A DNA stretch of 64,000 bases from Octopus bimaculoides (GCF_001194135.2 NC_068987.1:2223316-2287315), one strand, 5' to 3'; shown: positions 26,000-39,271, counted from the first letter of the stretch. The notes: generated from the sequence alone by a model not told the origin. Numbers and translations: made by a program.

Positions 26000-26243
26000 G
26001 CCAGGTTTTTGTCTCTCTCACCAAGGTCAGCGGCTATCGGACGCCGACGAAGGGAAATAACCCTGAAATCCGGATCCGTTCGTGCTGCAGATGTTGGTGA
26101 GAGGGATAACTACCCTTGGCAAACAGGACGCAGTCGTGTGTCGATAAGCCAGCTGGAGGAGATGTCCTCCTGGGGCTAAAAGCAACAGTAACATCCACCC
26201 CTAGGGGTCAGCCACACTTAAGTGGCAATATACTACACTTTAT
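26000..26243 (+). mobile_element. Unclassified short interspersed element with hairpin-rich 3' end
   Basis: GC-richer non-coding block whose last 43 nt are identical to 23557-23599 with different downstream flanks. It resembles RTE-type UTR sequence only loosely. Confidence 0.4.
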
Positions 26244-26371
26244 ATATATATATATATATATATATCTTTTATATCGATTAATGTTGGAATGTCTCCCTTT
26301 GATCGATGCAAACCCCACCTGTTTTTGAGTGTTTTTGCAACTCCATGTCGAGGGCCCATGTATCCAAGATC

Positions 26372-26490
26372 CACTTTGCCTTTCATCCTTTCGAGCTCGA
26401 TATATTAAGTACCAGAGAAACACTGGAGTTGATGTAATCGACTCATACCCTTCTCTAAAATGGCTGCCCTTGTGGAAAAATTTGAAACCA
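26372..26490 (+). mobile_element. SINE family B central domain with alternative tail ending in (ATT)n
   Basis: CTTTGCCTTTCATCCTTTCG..TAAGTACCAG..GATGTAATCGACT, then CCCTTGTGGAAAAATTTGAAACC. Confidence 0.7.
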
Positions 26491-26524
26491 TTATTATTAT
26501 TATTACTATTATTATTATTATTAT

Positions 26525-26560
<36 letters not shown>

Positions 26561-26588
26561 AAGTAGTAGTAGTAGTAGTAGCAGCAGC

Positions 26589-26638
<50 letters not shown>

Positions 26639-26670
26639 TAGTAGTAATAGTAGTAGTAGTAGTAGTAGTG
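26490..26670. repeat. Compound triplet microsatellite (ATT)n-(AGT)n-(AGC)n-(AGT)n
   Basis: Read directly from the sequence; motifs change by single-base steps. Confidence 0.95.
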
Positions 26671-27052
26671 AGTGAAAGAGCAGCACATGCCATCAAAGTA
26701 ACACCGGGGTACAAATATACGAAGCCCAGTATACCCATCATGACTACCCGTCTGATAAGGGTACACCAGGCACATGCATCACAACCATATGTCCGCGACA
26801 TGGTGATCTCATATCAAGATTAACAGCGCATGACCTCGCAGGTGGGGCCCAGTTACAATTTTCTTCAGATTGAGTAGTGCATCTAGCTCGAAAGGTCCCT
26901 GAAGAAGGATTGTTTAAGTATTATTATTATTGCTGTTGTTGTTGTTGTTGTTGTTGTTATAATTATTATTGTTATTGTTATTATTGTTATTATTATTATT
27001 ACTATTATTATTATTGCTGTTAATGTTATTATTATTACTTTGATTATTTACC

Positions 27053-27187
27053 GAGGCGGCGAGCTAACACGCCGTGCAAATTGCTTAGAAGCATTTCGCC
27101 CGTCCTGACTTTCTGAGTTCAAATTCCGCTGAAGTCGACTTTGCCTTTTATCTTTTCGGGGTCGAGTACTGGGGTCGATGTAATCCT
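27053..27187 (+). mobile_element. SINE family B, internally deleted copy
   Basis: GGCGGCGAGCT..GAGTTCAAATTCCGCTGAAGTCGACTTTGCC..GGGGTCGA. Confidence 0.8.
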
Positions 27188-27821
27188 GAAGAGAGAAATA
27201 GAGAGAGATAGAGACAGACAGACAGACAGGCAGAAAGACAGAGAGAGCTAGATAGGCATACATATACATTATTGGTGTAGGGTACTTACTAAAACCGAGT
27301 AAACGCCTCGGGAAGAAACTCTAAACACATGAGTTATCACTGTGGCAATCTCAGAGAGTAAAATATATTATCTGGATAAAGCATTTTGTTCTCACTCTCG
27401 GTTTTGTAAGAACAAGCGTACCTACGTCTGGATGGGTGTAAATATGTGTGTGTGTACCTGTGCGTCAGTGTGTGTGCGCACTTGGACCCCCCCCCCCANN
27501 NNNNNNNNCCCCCCCCCCCCAACACACACACACACAGATATCCATTTGGCTTGTAGGTTAGGAAATTATCAACACTATACATCACTGTGATATATATGTA
27601 TATATGTATTATATATATATTACATAAACACACGTTCTTTTCGTTCATTTATCTTCCATGTTGTGACAAAATATTAACGGAACATAAATTAAATTACTTT
27701 CAACTTACTTAAAAAAAGCAAAAAAAACTGAAGCCTGGAAAAATATATTCATCCATTCCTTAAGAATAATCATCATTATTATTGCGCTGAGTTAAAAGAG
27801 TTGCAATATTTTACTTACTTA

Positions 27822-28055
27822 GGGCGGTGAGCTGGCAGAAACGTTAAGCACGCCGGGCGAAATACTTATTTGTATTTCGTCTGCCGTTATGTTCTGAGTT
27901 CAAATTCCGCCGAGGTCGACTTTGTCTTTCATCCTTTCGGGGTCGATAAATTAAGTACCAGTTACGCACTGGGTCGATGTAATCGACTTAATCCCTTTGT
28001 CTGTCCTTGTTTGTCCTCTCTATGTTTAGCCCCCTGTGGGCAATAAAAAAATAAG
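27822..28055 (+). mobile_element. tRNA-derived SINE family B, full length
   Basis: A-box-like GAGCTGGCAGAAACGTTA, B-box GAGTTCAAATTCC, central TTTCATCCTTTCGGGGTCGATAAATTAAGTACCAG and an A-rich tail. A partial second copy follows at 28054-28133. Confidence 0.92.
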
Positions 28056-28243
28056 AAACGTTAGCACGCCGGGCAAAATGCTTAGCGGTATTTCGTCTGC
28101 CGCTACGTTCTGAGTTCAAATTCCTTTCGGGGTGCATTTTGATGCCATTCTCAGGTTTGTTGCACAGTATGTGTTTATAATGAGTGTAATGTGGTTGTCT
28201 GTGATGGGTCAGAGACTGAGACTCAGAACCTGGCATAGAATAT

Positions 28244-28477
28244 ATTTATTTTTTTATTGTCCACAAGGGGCTAAACATAGAGGGGACAAACAAGGACAGA
28301 CAAAGGAATTAGATAGATTACATCGACCCCAGTGCGTAACATGTACTTAATTTATCGACCCCGAAAGGATGAAAGGCAAAGTCGACCACGGCGGAATTTG
28401 AACTCAGAACGTAACGGCAAACGAAATACCGCTAAGCATTTCGCCCGGCGCGCTAACGTTTCTGCCAGCTCGCTACC
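28244..28477 (-). mobile_element. SINE family B, full length, inverted relative to 27822-28055
   Basis: Near reverse complement of 27822-28055 along its whole length. Confidence 0.92.
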
Positions 28478-28664
28478 ATTAGGCATTGAATATATTTGTG
28501 TAACGAGTGTTGAGTTACATTATTGGGTAACAACTGCGTAGAATATGAATCTGGCGAGGTATTGGCGGCATAGTGTGGAATATCCAAAATATGAGGTTGT
28601 ATATTTTATGATATTCCATCGGATAACGAATGTATAGTTTATATGTAGAACATATAGGGTAGAT

Positions 28665-28899
28665 CTGTTTTTCTTAAACATTTTTTTTTTTTTGCACACG
28701 GATTCCTTTGGTTCCCATTTTACCAGGGTTGACCTTCATAGCCATTCGATGTCCAAAAAATCCCAGCATATTTTTAGAATTATCATTAGGAATTGCACAA
28801 AAGAATTAAGATATTTAGTGAATTTAAAAAGTATGACCAATTTATTGCAGATAAGTTTCAGTAAAAAAATCTTTTATGGACCCCGCTTGAAAAACACTG
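28665..28899. mobile_element. hAT-like MITE with 8-bp target-site duplication
   Basis: GGGTAGAT flanks both ends (28657-28664 and 28900-28907). The right end AAAAACACTG is inverted relative to the left end C--TGTTTTTC (2-nt loss). An internal segment recurs inverted at about 40070-40145. Confidence 0.7.
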
Positions 28900-29727
28900 G
28901 GGTAGATCAAATTTTAATCATTCGGTGTACGTTGTTATAGGCAGCAACATATAATAGAATAGATTTCATGTTTCGGTGAATACTAAGGTAAATACCAGCG
29001 AAATACTGGGGCGCCACTCAAGTACTGTGATAGAATAATCAAAGAACCACTCCCCCAGGATGTGTGGCATTGAATTTACGTTCACAAAGTCTGTTAGATC
29101 TCGTCTTTCCTGTATAATTTGTGACTCAAAAAGACATAAAAATTAAACAACGCAGATGAAACAAGAGCGACCAAAACTACAAATAAACTTCAATCTATCT
29201 CGTTAACATTTTTGGTAGTTTGCAGTGGTTTTGTACCGAAAATCCGAGTCATCCTTCATTATATCTCAAATGGAAGACTAATTCTAAGAATTTCTTTTTC
29301 TTCTATTTCTTCAGACAGAGCGAAGAGCTATTGCAATGATATATTTTCATCTTTAATTGTATAGAGAAAGTTTTTTTGAAATTAATATATAAATTCCATA
29401 GAGCGAATAGCGATTAGGAATTGGACGTGAGCTAATTAAGAAGATATTCTCTCTATCAGAACTGCATAAACTGGCAATTACCAAATATTTCAGAATATTA
29501 CAGTAGAGACGAATATTTGTGTACGTGTGTATGTGTATGCGTTCGTATATATCCGTTGACACACACATACACAAATATATATGTATGTGCATATATTCGT
29601 TATGTATACAGATGCATGTGTATGTTCACATATGTATTCACACGTACATATCATCTGTATATGCAATATGTATATGTATATTTGTATACATCTCCATATA
29701 TATAAGCATGTATATGCATATACATAC

Positions 29728-29759
<32 letters not shown>

Positions 29760-30891
29760 NNNNNNNNNNNNNNNNNNNNNNNNNNNNNNNNNNNNNNNNN
29801 NNNNNNNNNNNNNNNNNNNNNNNNNNNNNNNNNNNNNNNNNNNNNNNNNNNNNNNNNNNNNNNNNNNNNNNNNNNNNNNNNNNNNNNNNNNNNNNNNNNN
29901 NNNNNNNNNNNNNNNNNNNNNNNNNNNNNNNNNNNNNNNNNNNNNNNNNNNNNNNNNNNNNNNNNNNNNNNNNNNNNNNNNNNNNNNNNNNNNNNNNNNN
30001 NNNNNNNNNNNNNNNNNNNNNNNNNNNNNNNNNNNNNNNNNNNNNNNNNNNNNNNNNNNNNNNNNNNNNNNNNNNNNNNNNNNNNNNNNNNNNNNNNNNN
30101 NNNNNNNNNNNNNNNNNNNNNNNNNNNNNNNNNNNNNNNNNNNNNNNNNNNNNNNNNNNNNNNNNNNNNNNNNNNNNNNNNNNNNNNNNNNNAGCATTTA
30201 ATTAGAAAAAGTATAACTGCAGTACGAGGCTGATGCTGTAGCTTGGACTGAATCAAACTAATCATTGAAACATACAACATATACACAAACGCACAAATAC
30301 CTGCCTATATATATATATTAATATATATATATATATATATACGTGTGTGTGTATGCATGTGTGTGTATGTGTGTGTGTATGTAGGTGCGTATGTATGAGC
30401 AGAGTCGAGTAAACGGTAGAGCACCAGAGATCAAAGGCACAATGAGTTCTTATCTCAATTATTTTAGAACAAAGCATAATTCCTTTAAGCCATTTGCGAA
30501 GTGTGATGTGTGTGTGTGTGTGTACGTGTGTGTGTGTGTGTGTGTACGTGTGTGTGTGTGTGTGCGTGTCTGTGTGTGTGTGTGAATTCATGAGTACATA
30601 TATGTATGTATGTATGTATGTAGTATGAATGTATGTATTTATATATATATATGTGTGTGTGTGCACATGTGTATATACATTTATATATATGTATATACAC
30701 ACACATATATATACATATATATATGCATATATATACATACATATATATACATATATATATATATATTTGTGTGTGTGTGTGTGTGTGTATGTATACATGT
30801 GTATGTATATACATACACATGTATGCATGCATTTCACGTGGGTGTATAATGGTTGTATTTTCTACACCGTTAAATATCAGCAAATATCAAT

Positions 30892-30926
<35 letters not shown>

Positions 30927-31154
30927 ATATGTATTATGTATGTATGTATGTATATCCATTAATGGAGTGGATGAATTATTGAAAGACCCATTGGTGGTGG
31001 CCATGTTTTGGTGTTATAGTCATACACAATAACTTATGTTATATCAACACGATACTCAAGTGTCCCATCATTTAATCAAGTTGCTGTCGCACCATGAATA
31101 CGTATATATATTATATTATGTATATATATATATATATATTATATTATGTAGAGA

Positions 31155-31650
31155 CAGTAATCCCTCACCTTATCGCGATTCTGCTATCGCGCTCTCAGTA
31201 CATCGCGGATTTTTTCTGGCTAATATGTAAATTTATATCGTGGACTCCTCAGTATATCACGGGTTTCTGCGACCGATAGATATTTATATATTTTTAGATT
31301 TTAACTATTTCTGTAGTAAAATAAGCATTTTCACGCCTAAAAATTAATAAATTTATAAATCAAAATACAGTATAGTACTGCGCTATATAACACATTAATT
31401 AAAATATATTAAAAGAAAATTCGTAATGTACCCTGGATGAGTAAACAAAGAATTGCACATACTGTATGGAAAGCGAAACTCAGGAAGTGAGTGTGTGGTG
31501 TTGTTTTGCATTTATAATAAAATAAATATACGCAAATTATAAAAATAGTTTTAAAAATATATACGGTACAGAACTGTTTCTACTTCGCGGATTTTTACGT
31601 ATCGCAGGGTTTTTTGTAACGTAACACCCGCGATAATAGAGGGATTACTG
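31155..31650. mobile_element. pogo/Tigger-like (Tc1/mariner) MITE
   Basis: TIRs CAGTAATCCCTCACCTTATCGCG and CGCGATAATAGAGGGATTACTG. TA follows the right end; the left flank reads GA. Subterminal CGCGGATTTTT repeats; AT-rich non-coding interior. Confidence 0.85.
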
Positions 31651-32544
31651 TATATTATGTTATATAAATATATCATATTATGTATATTTATCATATTATG
31701 TATATATANNNNNNNNNNNNNNNNNNNNNNNNNNNNNNNNNNNNNNNNNNNNNNNNNNNNNNNNNNNNNNNNNNNNNNNNNNNNNNNNNNNNNNNNNNNN
31801 NNNNNNNNNNNNNNNNNNNNNNNNNNNNNNNNNNNNNNNNNNNNNNNNNNNNNNNNNNNNNNNNNNNNNNNNNNNNNNNNNNNNNNNNNNNNNNNNNNNN
31901 NNNNNNNNNNNNNNNNNNNNNNNNNNNNNNNNNNNNNNNNNNNNNNNNNNNNNNNNNNNNNNNNNNNNNNNNNNNNNNNNNNNNNNNNNNNNNNNNNNNN
32001 NNNNNNNNNNNNNNNNNNNNNNNNNNNNNNNNNNNNNNNNNNNNNNNNNNNNNNNNNNNATATATATATATATATATATATAGCATATATAGTATATATA
32101 TAAAGGATTTTCACCCAATGACGAAATGTAATAGATATGTAGTCTTTATGCTCGGTTTAGTTTACCGCTAAAACTCCGATTCGAACTGCAACTAAGAAGA
32201 AGTTGGTGCTGAGGCTGCCTATCAAAGCTGGCTAGAAGCAGTACATCGTGGTGCGGGTGTATATTTATACATTAGAAATAGAGAAGTAAACACATGTGGC
32301 ATCAGCTTAATGCCTTTGATTTATAATTTCTACAACCCTAACACACACACACACATATAAACATGTTTGTGTGTGTGTGTGTGTGTGTGTGTTAGGTTTG
32401 TAGTAATTATAAATTAAAGGCATTACACTGATACCACACACATATACGTGTGCGTGTGTGTGTGTATATAAATATATATATATATATATACGTGAGTGTA
32501 TATGTGTGTGTGTGTGCGTTTATGTATATATGTATATATATGTA

Positions 32545-32882
32545 GTGAAGGCGCATGGCTCAGTGGTTAGATCGTCGAATTTGCGATCGTGAGGTTGGGA
32601 ATTCGAATCCCGGACCGGGCTGCGTGTTGTGTTCTTGAGCAAGACACTTTATTTCACATTGCTCCAGCTCACTCAGCTGTAGAAATGAGTTGCGACATCA
32701 CTGGTGCCAAGCTGTATCGGCCCCTTTGCCTTTCCCTTGGATAACATCAGTGGTGTGGAGAGGGGAGGCTGGTATGCATGGGCGACTGCTGGTCTCCCAT
32801 AAACAATCTTGCCCAGACTTGTGCGTCGAAGGGTAACTTTCTAGGTGCAGTCCCATGATCATTCATGACTTGAGGGAGTCTC
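32545..32882 (+). mobile_element. tRNA-derived SINE family D with CORE-like domain, full length
   Basis: TGGCTCAGTGGTTAG A-box and TTCGAATCCC B-box, then TGTGTTCTTGAGCAAGACACTT..CTCAGCTGTAGAAATGAG and a unique tail. Confidence 0.88.
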
Positions 32883-33155
32883 CGATATATATGTATACAT
32901 ATATATGTTTGCGTGCGTATGTGTGTATGTGTATATGTATGCACATAGATATGTATGTATATATCCCTATATAATCTGAGAGGGATAAATGCGGTAAACA
33001 AAGAAATCCATAGCGAGAGAGACAGAAGGAAGTAAGACGTTAAAAAATCCATTTCGAAATGTAAAATTTTATCCTGAATTGATTAAAATTGAATTTTGTA
33101 AATGACATCTTCAATGATAAAAGGTGCATGAAAGTCACATTTTGATTTTAATAAA

Positions 33156-33206
<51 letters not shown>

Positions 33207-34699
33207 CGTATGAAAATTGGAATTTTTAAGTGTTTTCTAGAGAATGTAGACTTTTATAATTGCTTTCCTTTAGTAAGACTTACATACTCCACACTCATTA
33301 ATAAGCAGTTTTTCATTTTTATGTATATATATGTGTGAGTGCATGTGTGCATTATTATGTAAATATGTGTGTGCACGCGTGTGTTACACACACACACGCG
33401 TGTTTTTACGGGGGTGTGTGCGTGTGTTTACGGGTGTGTGTGCGTGTATGTGAATGTATGTGAGTGAATGTGTGTGTGGGGGGCATGTGTGTGTGTGGTT
33501 GTGGGTGTGGGTGTGTGGGTGTGTGTGTGTGTGTGTGTGTGTCCGTGTGTACCCGTATGCCTATGTGTGCGCGGCTTGAAAACTGTCGATTCTTCATAAA
33601 TCCTCTCTCACTCTACCTGTATACCCCGAATACCTCTTTCATACCCACCCAAGTCTATCAACCGGGTGTGGCCTCTTCTTTATTCATTCTCCTTTTTTTT
33701 TTCCTTTCACATTATTGTTTCATGTTTTATCTATTTTTCTTCTTTTTCTTTTTCTTCTTTTCCTTCTCCCTCTGCCGCTCACCCTATATAATTCCTTGTT
33801 ATTTCAACCCATCAATCTATTTATCTTTCATTCGGGTCATTCCTTCTTTCCTTCCTCCTTTCATTCCATATCACTTTTTCTTTCATATTATCTTTGTCTT
33901 CCTTTGTTTCGTCGCTTTTTCTTCTGTTTTCCCCCACTCCACTTCTTTCTTTCTTTCTTTCGACCTTTCCTGCTATCTCTCTTCTATCTCTTCTACATTT
34001 CTCTCTCTCTCTCTCTCCCTCATCCCTACCCCACCTACCTTATCCTTCCTAACCTTCCTATTGTCAAAACAATACCATCCCTATAAATACATCTATCTTA
34101 TGTCTTCTACACAAATATCTATTTACATTTGTTTGCGATAAAAATATAAAGTGGCGATGATAGTGGTGGCGCTGGGGATGGTGTTGTTGTTAATCTAGTT
34201 GTTGTTGTTGTTGTTGCGGTGGTAGTAGCGATAGTGGTGATGGTGGTGCTGGCACTGGCGGAGGTGGTGCTGGAGCGGATAGTGTTGTTAATCTTGTTGT
34301 AGTAGCGGTGGTGGTGGTGGTAATGATGGTGGGCGGTAGGGATGGTCGTGTTGCAGTTCTTGTTACGGTGGCGATATTTGTAGTAGTAGTAGTAGTAGTA
34401 GTTGTTGTTGTTGTTGTTACAGCGGCGGCGGCGGCGGCGGTAATGGTGACGAATGTGTTAGTGGTTTGATCGTCATGATGATGGTAGTTGTGTTGTGATG
34501 TTGATGATGATANNNNNNNNNNNNNNNNNNNNNNNNNNNNNNNNNNNNNNNNNNNNNNNNNNNNNNNNNNNNNNNNNNNNNNNNNNNNNNNNNNNNNNNN
34601 NNNNNNNNNNNNNNNNNNNNNNNNNNNNNNNNNNNNNNNNNNNNNNNNNNNNNNNNNNNNNNNNNNNNNNNNNNNNNNNNNNNNNNNNNNNNNNCACAT

Positions 34700-35190
34700 A
34701 TTTTTGCATGCCTGGAACTTCCACCTGCGCAGAGCTCTATGGTCATTTCCCGTCCTGAGACTTGGACATTGTCCAGGGTCCTTATGAGCCACCCGAACTC
34801 CTTCTTTGGTACCGGGAAGCTCCACAGGATTATGGATTCCCATCGGCTGGATTTCGTATCCAACCAATGACTCTACTCAGAAACTGAGATGCGTCCTGAA
34901 ACTTGCATTATTTGGGAGCGCCAGCTCAGGCTGTTTGGTCACCTGGCACGATTTTCCGAGTAGCCCTCTGCTTACTGCTTTCTCTTCGTCGAGGATCCGG
35001 CCGGGCAAACGGCTCGGGTTGGTCAACCAAATGCCACATCTTCACGGCAGATGAGGAGGTGTCTTGCGGGGACGGGGACTAACTAGGGTTCTACTGAACG
35101 TGTCACCCGGGAGAATCCGGGACTATACCGTCGGATGGTGAATGCAGCAATGCGATACAACGGCGCATGCTCCCACACCTCACTAGACCA
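34700..35190 (+). mobile_element. RTE-clade LINE 3' fragment, decayed
   Basis: Reading through frameshifts gives ETWTLSR..GTGKLHRIM..DFVSNQ*L..TCIIWERQLRLFGHLARF..VEDP.G. ETWTL and RLRLFGH.AR are typical RTE ORF C-terminal motifs. Confidence 0.8.
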
Positions 35191-35330
35191 GGAACTTCCA
35201 CGTGATCATTTAGGTGAGGGATTGATGTGAAACAGCTACTATTTCTAGCATGTAGGACGACTGTTTAGGAGGAACGCATTACACCGTTGCTACTCAATGT
35301 TTATGTGCAACAATAATAATAGGGAGGGAG

Positions 35331-35438
35331 TGACGTCACTGGTGCAGGCAGAAGGTGACGTCATCAGAGATATACCATGTAACCGACGAGCAGTCTTTAT
35401 TACGTCTTTAATTCCCACCCCGCCGCACCCAAACCAAT
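35331..35438. promoter_or_regulatory. Promoter/enhancer-like cluster: two perfect CREs, GC box, CCAAT
   Basis: TGACGTCA at 35331-35338 and 35356-35363, CCCACCCCGCC at about 35414-35424 and CCAAT at 35434-35438. Confidence 0.4.
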
Positions 35439-35732
35439 ATCTCCATCTTAAAGAGATATTCTTATGATTAATAGAATGTATTCTTTAACTTAACCAAAAT
35501 GAATAATGGTACGAGCTTCTTGGGGGAGGTTTTGTACAGTCTCAGAACTTATCTAAGCTGGCATTAGTTCACTTCCTGACCATTATTCTTCAGCTCCCAT
35601 GACATAGTCTATCAAACTCTATCAGCCGCGCGCATAACTTATGTAGCAGCACGGAGAGAAGCATTTACACAATGTCTGTATAGCTGTGCATGTTTGTACA
35701 TATAAACTATATTTATACATCTGAGTGTATAT

Positions 35733-35788
<56 letters not shown>

Positions 35789-36216
35789 TTACTTCTAATA
35801 TAAAGATAACATTTTTCTAAATAGAATTTTATCAGTGGCCAGCATATTAAAATACCTTTCAAGGTGAAAATATAAACAATTATAAATAAGGGCAAAAGAA
35901 AAAAACATTCTATGCCATTATGCTGTAAAAAATAGACTTTAGATCGTCCAACCACATACGATATTTTTCACTATAAATACACAGCGTGTTGAAACAAGGA
36001 AAGCAAGCTAACAGAAATTTAAAGAAAAAAATTCGTTATTCCCGAATCGGACCGATTTCTGGATTAATCCACAAGGATTCTTCCTTCTTCAGCGAGAAAC
36101 ACGATTGGAAATAAATGGAACACTCACATATGCCTACGGAAAAAGCAGATGTAAAGTCATGAATACATTTCTCAATCTATAGCGCCCTTTTAAAGCCTCG
36201 CCAGGCTCATGGTAGA

Positions 36217-36259
<43 letters not shown>

Positions 36260-36590
36260 CCCAAACCCCTTCTACACATTCACACACGCACACACATATC
36301 TTCATTGAGTTTCACGCAGTAAATTCATATGCAGACTACCACTGGTTTTATGTTACAATTATACCGTATATAGGTCTGTAGAAGAGTCTTTCATTTGTCA
36401 AATATTTCAAAATTAGAAATGAATAATTCCTTTGCTTGTTAGACATATGTCTTACGTAAACTTTTCATACAAAATCTCAAAGTATCTGATTTTCACCTGA
36501 AACCATTGGCAGCCTTCATATTGACAACGATAGGGTTCCATTCCTTAATATGCAAATATTTCACTTTCGTCCAAATTGAAGTCTCTGTAC

Positions 36591-36628
<38 letters not shown>

Positions 36629-36853
36629 ATATCACATACACACGTGCGCGCCCAAACACCGAAGTACAGAACTGATGTGTTCACATAGAACGTAAGTGCG
36701 GATGTATATACTTACATCTATGCACACAATAACTCGACGACATATTTACAAATGCTGAGAATTCTCTTAACTCAAAACGTCTCCTCACTTTGTTAGCAAC
36801 CGACTTGAACTTCATTAAGAAGCACTTAAATAAATCTCAAAGACAAAGAAAAC

Positions 36854-36928
<75 letters not shown>

Positions 36929-38448
36929 TCACATATATATATATGTATATTATTTTTGAAATATATCCCTATTTGTTGCAGTGGAAATCTTGGTTGCATC
37001 TCTTTAATGTTAAACAAGATGTCTGTCTGTGTGTGCAGAAGGGAGAATTTGATGAAAGCATTGGTCCTGTCTTTATCTACACAAAGCAATTGTTTGTAGT
37101 GAAAATGGCTGCGAGCGTTTCACCAGTACAAAGCGGATTCAGATCGAGGCCAAATTCTTTTTTGTTGTCTCTACCAGACAGACATCTGGATTTGTTCAAT
37201 TGTTATCAAAAAAAAAAGAAAACTTGAAGTACATTTTTGTTTTTGTCTTTAATAAAAGTTGAAAAACGAATAATAACAATGTTTACCAATTTTGTGTGTA
37301 AGTACCACAATATTTTATAAATCTTCCAAAGCGTATCGACTCTTCAAGAGTCTTCAGTACAACTATTGTTAGACTCGTAAATAAAAATAGCTTATTTATA
37401 TCAGTAGCACAATGTTAAAATAACGACAGTGACAATCAAAATAATGCCATTTTAGAAATGAGAGAAAACCAGTGTCGAAACTAAACTGTTTTACGAAGAA
37501 TATCTCAAACAATTTGTTATCCAGGGTAGTTTATCAGAATTTAAAATATCTCATTCGCATGAATTTCGGAGGAGATCTTCGATTTGCATCTTTGTTAATT
37601 CTTTGTTTGTGACAAAGTCTAAATTCTCTGCTGCGAGTATTGGTTCCTCCTTCATCCACAAATCAACCGTTTGCGGTGACGCAAATGGCAGCCAATATAT
37701 CGCACCGACAACCGAGATTGAAATGAATTTAATTTTAAAACCGTACATATGAATTGGTTCACTGAAATCAAAATGGTACTCTTGAAGTTTTCTCAATTGC
37801 ATGAACTAAAAGTTCGAAGGGGGACAGAATTAACTACCTGCATCAACTTCCTATTAAAACAGGTCGTAATTTTATCTTCACTGTCTCAAATAGCGTAAAA
37901 CTGGCGAAACATCTGGATGTCCCGAAAGATTGCTGTACGATGTATATAAGCACATTTTCTGGATATGCTTATAGTCGAAATTCAATTTTGCTACTTATTT
38001 CATTCATACTGACATTGGTCATAAGCCTCAATATCTTTCAAATAGATTACAGAGCACCATCTAAACGTTAATGGTTAGCGTGGTGTGAGTCTAGTAATTA
38101 CAAAGAAACGAATTGAAATGAAAGGTGCTAAATATCTAAAATATTCCTAGCATCAGATCGAAACTAAATACTGAATTCCAATGTCTAATAAATGTGAATA
38201 CATATTTTCTTTCTTATGGTGATAATTGAACCTATGTCTAATAGATTTTCAGGTATATTTTATCAACATTAAGAATATACCACAGTCGACTGGTACTGCG
38301 AAATATCAGATTTTCAACCTATAACACCAACATGCGTCATGTCTGAGGATGTATTTGTTGTCTTCAGAACATTATGAGTTTGTATGCGTCATTGAGTGCT
38401 TGTGTTCAGGCGTGAGTGTGGGATGTGAATAAAATTATATGTCCATAG

Positions 38449-38506
<58 letters not shown>

Positions 38507-38616
38507 TATACATATACCACATGTATACCATATATGTAAATATTATACACATATTTTTATATATGTATATGCACATCTGTATACGCATATAAATATATCT
38601 ACCTATATCTATATGC

Positions 38617-38664
<48 letters not shown>

Positions 38665-39233
38665 GGGGGGAGAGAAAGAGCGAGAGAAAGAGCGAGAGAA
38701 AGAGAGATAGAGAGCCATACAGATTAATACATACATTCGTATATACCATGCCTGCATATATTTTTATAAATAAACACAACAGGTTCTAGGGCTATCTGTA
38801 TAAGAACCATATATTTAGTTGTCTTATCTATGTTTACCATGTAGCTGTGTTTTCTCATTTCTAGTTTACATATAGATGTGTAAGTCGACTGTTGAGAATG
38901 ATGGTCTCTGTCAGTTTACGGCAACGTAAGACAAAGAGAAGTGTCTGGTTTGAAGTGTGACGATTATTGGAGTCTAAGCGCAGAGAGTCGGCGGCGAAGT
39001 TACCACCACCTTCAAAGATTTGGAGCATGTAGGAAGTACATACATACATACATACATAGAAACATATATACATACATATGTATATGTATATATATATATA
39101 TGTATATANNNNNNNNNNNNNNNNNNNNNNNNNNNNNNNNNNNNNNNNNNNNNNNNNNNNNNNNNNNNNNNNNNNNNNNNNNNNNNATATATAATACAGA
39201 TCTATGCATATATATATATGTGTGTATATATAC

Positions 39234-39271
<38 letters not shown>

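Noticed and set aside
26000-26243. HDV-like ribozyme suggested by UCCUCC and GGCUAA
   Set aside because: I could not find P1 or P2 partners in the required nested order on either strand.
37551-37802. 83-aa minus-strand ORF
   Set aside because: No recognisable motif or convincing splice boundaries; an ORF this long is expected by chance.
37900-37925. GAAACAUCUGGAUGUC hairpin ending in GUC
   Set aside because: No upstream core or helix II partner; likely coincidence.
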